From positions 1 to 57,928 of IMG/VR virus record IMGVR_UViG_3300028837_001486: DNA of 57,928 bases. One strand, 5' to 3'. Origin of the DNA: a virus. Below are positions 51,297 through 57,928 of this stretch, piece by piece. Made by a program: the position numbers and the translations under genes. The notes beneath the pieces were generated by a model. That model made no database searches and was not told the DNA's origin. It saw only the letters and a program-made list of their open reading frames with translations. Each line of letters opens with the position of its first letter. Within the stretch, counting starts at the first letter, position 1.

Positions 51297-53207
51297 ATGG
51301 CTTTCGTAAGACCAAGTACCGGAGATACGTTCACCCAGGCTTTGGCACAGCAGATCATCAAGGCTCTGGAGGGTGATGCGGGATTCGGTCAGGCGATAAA
51401 TCTGACCAAGCTCAACGACGCGGGGAGCTACGCACTCACAGTACAGAACCTCGATGCCGTCAACCAGTATGCCTTGAACGCTCTCAACGCCGCTGGCGGT
51501 GTGGTCTTTCAGGTGGCGGGAGGCGCGGCCTACTTTGGCGTATCGCCGACTTTCGGCGCTGGCGCGGGGATAGGCCACGCGGGCTTGGCCGATGATGCCG
51601 TAGAGGACAACAACATCTTGGACGGGGAAGTAACATTGGCGAAGTTGCCAGACGGCGTGTTCACCGCCAACGTCGCTGGTCGCGCAAAGCTGGCCAATGG
51701 CTTCGTGAATGCGGCAAAGGTGGCTGCTGACGTGGCTACGCAGGCCGAGCTCGACGCCCACGCGGCATTGACTGCTGCTGGGACTCACGGGAGCACAACT
51801 GCGGCAACTGCCGACAAGCTCGTTCACCGAGATGCTGCCGGGCGCGCGAAGGTGGCAGCCCCTGGTGCGGCCACAGACATCGCGCTCAAGAGCACTGTCA
51901 CGGCAGACATAGCGACGCACCAGGCGCTCACATCCCCCCACAGCGCAGTCAGTGCCGCTACAGCTCTCAGGCTGATCGTCCGAGATGCTGCCGGGCGCGC
52001 GAAGGTGGCAGCCCCTGGTGCGGCCACAGACATCGCGCTCAAGAGCACTGTCACGGCAGACATAGCGACGCACGCCGCACTTACTTCACCCCACAGCGCG
52101 ACGGCCAATCCAACGGCCAGCAGGTTGATCGTCCGTGATGGGGTTGGTCGCGCGGCGGTGGCAGCCCCTGCTGCTGCCGACGATATTGCCCGGAAGGATA
52201 CCGTTGACGCGGTGCAGACCAACCTCAATACGCACGCGGCACTGACTGCTGCTGGGACTCATGGGAGCACAACTGCGGCGACGGCGAACAAGCTCGTTCA
52301 CCGAGATGCCGCTGGGCGTGCGAAGGTTGTGGCTCCTGCCGTGGCTGGTGACATCGCGCTGAAGAGCACGGTTACAGCAGACATAGCGACCCACGCAGCC
52401 CTGACGGCCGCTGGCACACATGGCAGCACGGTCGCGGCAACTGCCGACAAGCTCGTTCACCGAGATGCCGCTGGGCGTGCCAAGGTTGTGGCTCCTGCCG
52501 TGGCTGGTGACATCGCGCTGAAGAGCACGGTTACAGCAGACATAGCGACGCACGCCGCACTTACTTCACCCCACAGCGCGACGGCCAATCCAACGGCCAG
52601 CAGGTTGATCGTCCGTGATGGGGTTGGTCGCGCGGCGGTGGCAGCCCCTGCTGCTGCCGACGACATAGCACGCAAGGATACCGTTGACGCGGTGCAGACC
52701 AACCTCAATACGCACGCAGCACTGACGGCGGGTGCTGCTCACGCGAACAGAACCCGAGTGTTCTTCATCCAAGCAAGTGGCTCATGTCCCGACGGTGGTG
52801 GTGATCAACTAGCTTGCGATGAGTATGGGATCATCCTACCTAACATGGGAACTCATCAGGTTGACGGATATGGAATCATCCCGAATGATTTTGTCCCGGG
52901 GGGAACCCTCGATATGCGCCCGATCTTCTTCCCGCGGGGAGCAAGCGGCGATATTAGAATCCACGGGACGTTTGGGGCTAATGACTGCGACAACAACTTT
53001 ACAGTGAACTTTCTGGGTCCCGCCACGCAAGCACTCGTGGTCAATCAAATCAAATGTGCGAGCAATCTGGGGATTTCTGGCGGGCATGTCGCTGCCGGCA
53101 ATTTCATCAGACTGCTTATCGAACGCCAGGGCGATCATGCAGACGACGATTTTGCGGGTGTTTGCCACTTTTGTGGTTGGCGACTTTCATACACGGCGGA
53201 CTCCTAG
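51297..53207 (+). CDS. Tail fibre protein with many tandem repeat units
   Basis: Recurrent ...HAALTAAGTHGSTTAATADKLVHRDAAGRAKVAAP.AA.DIALKSTVTADIATH... units. Near-identical DNA repeats lie within the gene. Confidence 0.7.
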   Translation: MAFVRPSTGDTFTQALAQQIIKALEGDAGFGQAINLTKLNDAGSYALTVQNLDAVNQYALNALNAAGGVVFQVAGGAAYFGVSPTFGAGAGIGHAGLADDAVEDNNILDGEVTLAKLPDGVFTANVAGRAKLANGFVNAAKVAADVATQAELDAHAALTAAGTHGSTTAATADKLVHRDAAGRAKVAAPGAATDIALKSTVTADIATHQALTSPHSAVSAATALRLIVRDAAGRAKVAAPGAATDIALKSTVTADIATHAALTSPHSATANPTASRLIVRDGVGRAAVAAPAAADDIARKDTVDAVQTNLNTHAALTAAGTHGSTTAATANKLVHRDAAGRAKVVAPAVAGDIALKSTVTADIATHAALTAAGTHGSTVAATADKLVHRDAAGRAKVVAPAVAGDIALKSTVTADIATHAALTSPHSATANPTASRLIVRDGVGRAAVAAPAAADDIARKDTVDAVQTNLNTHAALTAGAAHANRTRVFFIQASGSCPDGGGDQLACDEYGIILPNMGTHQVDGYGIIPNDFVPGGTLDMRPIFFPRGASGDIRIHGTFGANDCDNNFTVNFLGPATQALVVNQIKCASNLGISGGHVAAGNFIRLLIERQGDHADDDFAGVCHFCGWRLSYTADS

Positions 53208-53209
53208 AC

Positions 53210-53551
53210 ATGAAGATACGCGAGGGCACGGCATTAGTTGAGAACATCGTGGTCAATGGGCTATTGGCCGGGGCGGAGGCCGAAATCTACGCCTGCCCGG
53301 TGATGTGCAAGGCAACCATCGAGACGCTGGTGTTCGAGAACACCCATGCCGCCAACGTGAACACGGTCAAGCTCTACACGCAGCCAAGCGGGGGAGCGTC
53401 GAGGTTGTTCCGCGAGGTGGCGCTGGACCCAGGGGATAGCCTGAGTGAAGAGATGCTGAAACTGGACGGGGGGGGGTCCTTGCGTGGCGAGGCTACGAAC
53501 GTGGACGAGGTGACGTTTACGCTGTCTGGGATAGAGGAGAGTGTCATTTAG
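53210..53551 (+). CDS. Hypothetical beta-rich protein
   Basis: ATG 53210 lies just after the fibre gene stop. The RBS is weak. Confidence 0.45.
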   Translation: MKIREGTALVENIVVNGLLAGAEAEIYACPVMCKATIETLVFENTHAANVNTVKLYTQPSGGASRLFREVALDPGDSLSEEMLKLDGGGSLRGEATNVDEVTFTLSGIEESVI

Positions 53552-53552
53552 C

Positions 53553-54235
53553 ATGGCAGGCGGCATCTACCAGATTGACAATCGCATCAACGGCAAGTGC
53601 TACATCGGCAGCACCGTGAATATCGAAAGGCGATGGGCAGACCACCTACGCCTCCTACGGCGCGGTCAGCACGAGAACCAACATCTGCAATATGCCTTTG
53701 ATAAGTATGGTGAGGGCGCATTTGACTTCTGCATCCTAGAGGGTGTTCACGACTCTTCCCAGCTCGCCAAGCGGGAACAAAGTTATCTGGATAGGCTGAA
53801 GCCTGAATATAACATCTGCCCGACGGCTGGAAATTGTCTCGGGCGTCCATGCTCAGCAGAGACGCGCAGGAAGCTCAGCCTAGCCGCGCAAGGCAAGCGC
53901 CAGAGTGCAGAGAGCCGTAGGAAAAGAGCGAGGCATTGCGTGGTGAGCGGGGCTTCTGGTATGGAAAGCGTCTTAGCGAGGAGACTAAGCGGAAGATGAG
54001 TGAGGCGCATAAGGGCAAGCCGCTTAGCCCTGAACACCGCGCGAAAATCAGCGGCGACCGGAATCACAATTACGGCAAACACTTCAGCCCAGAGCATCGC
54101 AGAAAGATCAGTGAGGCCCAGAGAGGCGAGCGGAGCACCCACTATGGCAAGCATCTCAGCGAGGAACACCGGCGCAAGCTAAGCGTAGCTCAAAAGGCAT
54201 ATTGGCGCAGGAAGCGCGAAGGAGTCACTGAATGA
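53553..54235 (+). pseudogene. GIY-YIG homing endonuclease split by a 1-nt frameshift near 53921-53929
   Basis: The catalytic domain (GIYQIDN...KCYIGSTVNIERRW...REQSYLDRLKPEYNI) is in one frame to 53999. The NUMOD3-like repeats (SEALRGERGFWYGKRLSEETKRKMSEAHKG...) continue in the +1 frame to 54235. Confidence 0.75.
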
Positions 54236-54930
54236 GCATCTTTGGCAGGGGCAAGCCCCAAGTTATGGACAACGAGGGACGCATCAAACTCGCCGCAGCC
54301 GTTACGTCGAGCGTGCTACCCGCCGGTGCCTCCACAGCCGCACACCAAGTGACGATGATTACGGCCTTGCAATTGATCGACGACCTGCGTGCAGCACTGG
54401 CCACGGTTGCAGGAGATCAACTGCGCACCGACGTGATCTCAAGCGCACTGCCCGCTGGCGCAGCGACCGCCGCGCACCAAGTGACACAGAACACAGCCCT
54501 ACAGCTCATCGACAACCTGGTGACCGCCCTTCAGTCCGTGGCCACTGACCGGCTCATCGTGCGGGGCGAGGATCAGCTGTTCTCGTTCAAGGGCGTCTAT
54601 CAGGAGAGACAGATGGACCTCAACACCCCTGCCGGTGGCAGTACGCTCAGCGGGGCCGTGGTGCCGGCTGGCGAGGTCTGGATCGTACAGAACTTCATTG
54701 CTTTTGATGTTACTTCGGCCTGCGCATACATTCGCCTAGGCGTCGACATCGGAGGAACCCGGTATTTTATCGACTGGCTTCCAAACCCAGCCGCAGCGCA
54801 GGTCTGTGGCGGACCTTGCTTCGCCTCGATGAAGACTGGGGATCGGCTCGCAGCTGATTTCTCTGGTGTCGTGTTGAATGATGACACCCACTTGGGTGCG
54901 TTCGGCTACAAGATGACCCTGGAAACGTAG
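54232..54930 (+). CDS. Hypothetical structural protein with a duplicated N-terminal unit
   Basis: Two copies of LPAGA.TAAHQVT..TALQLID.L..AL..VA.D.L, then a beta-rich C-terminus. Confidence 0.5.
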   Translation: MSIFGRGKPQVMDNEGRIKLAAAVTSSVLPAGASTAAHQVTMITALQLIDDLRAALATVAGDQLRTDVISSALPAGAATAAHQVTQNTALQLIDNLVTALQSVATDRLIVRGEDQLFSFKGVYQERQMDLNTPAGGSTLSGAVVPAGEVWIVQNFIAFDVTSACAYIRLGVDIGGTRYFIDWLPNPAAAQVCGGPCFASMKTGDRLAADFSGVVLNDDTHLGAFGYKMTLET

Positions 54931-54973
54931 GAGGAGGCTGTGCCGCACGGAACGCCTGATTGGAGGAGGAACA

Positions 54974-56122
54974 ATGACCAAGTTAGCGGCCCACGTACAG
55001 GAGACTAGCGACACAGCGGCGGAGCACCTGCGTAGGGCACTCTATCCGGCCATCAAGTGTATGGGCAACACGACCCCCGCCTGGCTGAGAGAGAAGGTGC
55101 TGCCGGAGTACGATCGATGCGGCGTGCCGAGACCGTTCATCTGGAGACGCCAGTGGACTGACGACAAGCGCGATGAGTGGGTGAGAGCGGGCAAGATGGG
55201 TGCACGGGCGTTCTTCGACCATGCGGCCTCAGCATATGATGCCTGGGCCGACTTGACGCTTGTGGTAGAGGGCATCAATGAGTTTGTCGCCTGGAGTGTT
55301 GAGGACATGCGATGGCTCAACGAGTTCGACGCCGAGGCCGCGATGATCTGGCAGGCGCATGGAAGGCAGTACATCGGCGGTAACTGGTCTGTAGGCCACC
55401 CTGATCTCGCATTGTGGCCAGAGTACCGAGACGCGCTTGGGCGGATGGACTTCCTGGGCCTCCATATGTACGGTTGGCCAGAGGGCGTCGCAGAGGATGG
55501 CGTGCCATTCCTCTGGCATCCCTGGCGGGTTTTCCGCTACCAGAAGGTTCGGCAGACGATACTGGAGAACAACATGCGTTTGCCGCCCATTCTGCTAACC
55601 GAGGTGGGATGGGCCCGCGGCGTGTGGAATGGAGACCTGGGGGATGTAGGCTTCAAGAGATCCCCCGACCCGAATGCCTACTTCGCTTGGCTGACGGGGT
55701 TCGATTCCCGCATAACGTCCGATGCCGATGTACTCTACGCCTCGATATTCCAGACGGGGGCAAAGGCCGACTGGCGAGAGAGGGGATTCGACATCGTGGG
55801 CCACTATGTGGGCAACGTCTTGGCAGACTACACCCGGGTTGATGCCTTGACCCTCCCACCGGAGCCGCCGCCATATGCCCCAGGGCCGCCAAGCGACGAC
55901 GAGATACGGAACTTGGCATCTAACTCTCTTGGGATCCCCTACACCCCAGGCCACGCCTTCCCTTCCTACGCGCGCGCGCATGGTTTGGGAGCCCCCCTCG
56001 GCAGCACCTTTGACCGCCGGGGGCTGAGGATACAGGCTTTCATGGGTGGCGTCGTAACGTGCGTGCTCGCGCCCAACCCAGAGGATACCGATTGGTCTAA
56101 GACGACTCACATCAAGTGGTAG
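54974..56122 (+). CDS. TIM-barrel glycoside hydrolase-like protein with a C-terminal LGFP-like repeat; endolysin or depolymerase candidate
   Basis: GINEF and LLTEVGW resemble the clan GH-A NE...E acid/nucleophile pair. The tail HGLGAPLGSTFDRRGLRIQAFMGGVV is LGFP-like. It lies next to the holin. Confidence 0.5.
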   Translation: MTKLAAHVQETSDTAAEHLRRALYPAIKCMGNTTPAWLREKVLPEYDRCGVPRPFIWRRQWTDDKRDEWVRAGKMGARAFFDHAASAYDAWADLTLVVEGINEFVAWSVEDMRWLNEFDAEAAMIWQAHGRQYIGGNWSVGHPDLALWPEYRDALGRMDFLGLHMYGWPEGVAEDGVPFLWHPWRVFRYQKVRQTILENNMRLPPILLTEVGWARGVWNGDLGDVGFKRSPDPNAYFAWLTGFDSRITSDADVLYASIFQTGAKADWRERGFDIVGHYVGNVLADYTRVDALTLPPEPPPYAPGPPSDDEIRNLASNSLGIPYTPGHAFPSYARAHGLGAPLGSTFDRRGLRIQAFMGGVVTCVLAPNPEDTDWSKTTHIKW

Positions 56123-56130
56123 GAGGCAAT

Positions 56131-56565
56131 ATGAGCGGACAGAATCTCAGAAGGATCGCAACAGTAACCCTGGCGGCCATCTTTGCTGCTCTCAACACAC
56201 TGATCGGGGGCTGGGACGAGGCCATGAAAATCCTATTGGTGTTCATCCTACTGGACATTCTCTCAGGGTGGATGCGCGCCTACATCCAGAAGAAGCTATC
56301 CAGCAACGAGAGCTTTCGTGGCATGGCCAAAAAGGTCTTGGTTTTGATGATTGTGGCCGTAGCAGCCCTGGGTGACCGGATGGCGGGAACGGACTTGCTT
56401 CGCAAGGCCACCTGCGCCTTCTACTGCGCAACGGAAACCCTTTCTATCCTGGAGAATTGCGCGGCAGTTGATGTTCTCGTACCGCCTTTCCTGCGAGACG
56501 CTTTGGGCGAGATCGCAAACAAGAAGAAGCAGCCTACGGAACCGCCAACACCCTCTGCCCCATAG
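56131..56565 (+). CDS. Holin (Phage_holin_4_1/TcdE-like)
   Basis: GGWDEAMKILLVFILLDILSGW...GMAKKVLVLMIV...ETLSILENCAAVDVLVPPFL matches the family pattern. ATG follows AGGAGG. Confidence 0.75.
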   Translation: MSGQNLRRIATVTLAAIFAALNTLIGGWDEAMKILLVFILLDILSGWMRAYIQKKLSSNESFRGMAKKVLVLMIVAVAALGDRMAGTDLLRKATCAFYCATETLSILENCAAVDVLVPPFLRDALGEIANKKKQPTEPPTPSAP

Positions 56566-56689
56566 GCCACGACCTATGGGTGCAGTGCCTCCCTGGCACC
56601 TGGCCTCTCGGCGACTCTCCCCCGCCTGGGGCCAGGTGTCCAATCCAACTTTCCCTGCACGCATTGTCAGGCTTTCCCGACAGGCTCTG

Positions 56690-56719
56690 TTGTAGATGCA
56701 ACTGATAGTATGATAGAAT
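56690..56719 (+). promoter_or_regulatory. Candidate promoter TTGTAG-N18-TAGAAT pointing into the 3' end of the repressor gene
   Basis: Hexamers lie at 56690-56695 and 56714-56719. The spacer contains aactgatagt, a 10-nt match to the 26-nt motif. Confidence 0.35.
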
Positions 56720-56832
56720 GGACCAGCCAAAGCTTCTAGCAGGGGAATACATGGGAAACGCAACGCGGCGACAGCTATGGCGCATGGCAAAGATGCTCTT
56801 CAGGCAAGGGATTCAGACGGTCCTGCTCATCT

Positions 56833-57225
56833 TCAGGTCTCGGCCTTCGCCGAACTCTCCCTCTCGGCCTTGACCAGGCCTTCCAGGACCTGTCGGGCGA
56901 TGGCCCGAGAGTGCCCCGTTTTGAGTGCCCGGTAGTTGCTCAGCAACTCGGTCTCGGCAAACTCCAGGTCTCCCAGCTTCGCCTTGTCGCGCGGTCGGGG
57001 GTCTCCGCCTGTGCCGGTGAGATATGGCATGTTGGTGCGGAGAGCGCGGGAGAGGGCGTAGAGCGAGCCTGAGCCGATGCTGGTTGGCTTGCCGGCTTCA
57101 ATCTCGGAGATATGACTTTGGCTGATGCCTGACTTGCGAGCCAGATCCCATTGTGTCCAGCCTCGGCCTTCGCCCAAGGTGCGGATGCGATCACCACGAA
57201 CGAACCTCCTGCCTGTGGCGGCCAT
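56833..57225 (-). CDS. XRE-family (cI-like) repressor
   Basis: HTH IRTLGEGRGWTQWDLARKSGISQSHISEIEAGK. RBS AAGGAGGTG. Divergent from the cro-like gene. Confidence 0.8.
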   Translation of the reverse strand: MAATGRRFVRGDRIRTLGEGRGWTQWDLARKSGISQSHISEIEAGKPTSIGSGSLYALSRALRTNMPYLTGTGGDPRPRDKAKLGDLEFAETELLSNYRALKTGHSRAIARQVLEGLVKAERESSAKAET

Positions 57226-57287
57226 GAGGCACCTCCTTATCGGGAAACGAATTGTGCGATTTCTCTAAGTATATATGAAATTGCCCC

Positions 57288-57316
57288 TTGACAAACTATC
57301 GGAAGTGTGCTATATT
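57288..57316 (+). promoter_or_regulatory. Sigma70-type early promoter TTGACA-N17-TATATT
   Basis: Hexamers lie at 57288-57293 and 57311-57316. A CTATCGG half-site sits in the spacer. A weaker divergent TTGTCA-N15-TATACT is on the minus strand. Confidence 0.6.
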
Positions 57317-57426
57317 TACTGGTGAGGCGATAGAGCAGGGCCGATAATCGGGCGATGAGATTTATCGAGAAATACCTAATGTCATCGCTCGCCCGATAAA
57401 CAGCCGGCCCCGCAGAAGGAGGCAAT

Positions 57427-57687
57427 GTGAAGGGGTCTTTGGCGGCGGAAGTTCGGGCGATAATAGGTGAGCAAACGCAACGCGAGTTTGCGAAGCAAGA
57501 GGGACTCAGCCCGGCAATCCTGAGTCAGATCTTGCGCGGGTACATACCCGGTATGGACTCGAAGACGGCACAAGCCTTGGTTCTGAAACATCCTAGGCTT
57601 GTGCGTTTTCTTTTGCCTGGGAAGATTGTCGCCGCAATACTGAGATCGGACGAACAGCAGAGACAGACCCCGCCAGCGGGCGACTAG
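57427..57687 (+). CDS. Cro-like HTH regulator
   Basis: GTG follows GAAGGAGGCAAT. The HTH-like segment is TQREFAKQEGLSPAILSQILRG. Confidence 0.6.
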   Translation: MKGSLAAEVRAIIGEQTQREFAKQEGLSPAILSQILRGYIPGMDSKTAQALVLKHPRLVRFLLPGKIVAAILRSDEQQRQTPPAGD

Positions 57688-57693
57688 CTGGCA
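57668..57693 (+). repeat. Gene-boundary element copy 2 (ccccgccagcgggcgaCtagctggca)
   Basis: Matches 129-154 at 25 of 26 positions. Confidence 0.7.
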
Positions 57694-57706
57694 GAAAGGA
57701 AAGAAA

Positions 57707-57928
57707 ATGGAAGGCGAAACGACGGTATTGGAAAAGGCATTCGGGTTGATTCACGCAACCTTGATGGCCGAGTGGAAAGAGTTCCTTCGGTTATGGAACT
57801 ACGATCCTGCCGAAGACCCGAAGGAAGCGGTAGAACTCTTTGGCGACCTTCAGGACATGGCGGACAGCGTAGCACACGCACTGGCAAACTTAAAGGACGT
57901 TCACAACACTATCTCCTGGCTGGCCCGG
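57707..57928 (+). CDS. 5' part of the junction-spanning hypothetical gene, which continues at 104-148
   Basis: ATG follows AAAGGAAAGAAA. There is no stop before the window ends. Confidence 0.5.
   Translation, partial: MEGETTVLEKAFGLIHATLMAEWKEFLRLWNYDPAEDPKEAVELFGDLQDMADSVAHALANLKDVHNTISWLAR
57826..57928. repeat. Terminal direct repeat, identical to 1-103
   Basis: Direct comparison of the two ends. Confidence 0.95.

Noticed and set aside
53936-54235. Independent 99-aa gene starting at TTG 53936.
   Set aside because: Its sequence is the NUMOD3 repeat region that normally follows a GIY-YIG domain. The frame is open back to TAG 53918-53920 and joins the upstream ORF by a 1-nt shift.

Overview
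This window appears to be a complete genome of a GC-rich tailed dsDNA phage. Bases 1-103 are repeated exactly at 57826-57928, so the contig closes on itself with a unique length of 57,825 bp. One ORF runs across the junction. I support about 80 protein genes and one tRNA-Thr(UGU). All genes are on the + strand except a 76-aa gene (15333-15563) and a cI-like XRE repressor (56833-57225). The modules in order are: (i) a divergent repressor/cro-like switch (56.8-57.7 kb) feeding an early operon that wraps across the junction. (ii) Recombination genes: RecT/Bet, SbcD, a GIY-YIG homing endonuclease, and SbcC. (iii) A low-GC islet holding a second GIY-YIG gene and the tRNA. (iv) A replication region: ten phased 36-bp repeat units, an IS110-type C-terminal-domain-only protein, a DnaB-N-domain protein and a RecA-fold ATPase with a wHTH. 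(v) Nucleases (MmcB-like, VRR-NUC). (vi) A second control region with face-to-face promoters around the antisense 76-aa gene. (vii) Packaging genes TerS, TerL and portal, followed by an HNH endonuclease. (viii) Many small ORFs, two Q/W-rich repeat proteins and a 2380-aa ParB-domain polyvalent protein. (ix) Fibre-like proteins, then a promoter-leader-terminator unit, then scaffold, major capsid and a decoration-like protein. (x) A five-gene glycosyltransferase/methyltransferase cluster inside the structural module. (xi) Further structural genes, a highly repetitive tail fibre, and a third GIY-YIG gene that is frameshifted. (xii) A glycoside hydrolase and a holin. I found no integrase, DNA polymerase, CRISPR array or rRNA. 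The items most worth follow-up are the repeat array next to the IS110-like protein, the sugar-modification cluster inside the virion module, the lambda pR'-tR'-like leader before the capsid genes, and the shared TATCGG operator half-sites in the two control regions. All functional calls rest on motif recognition by eye and have not been checked against any database.
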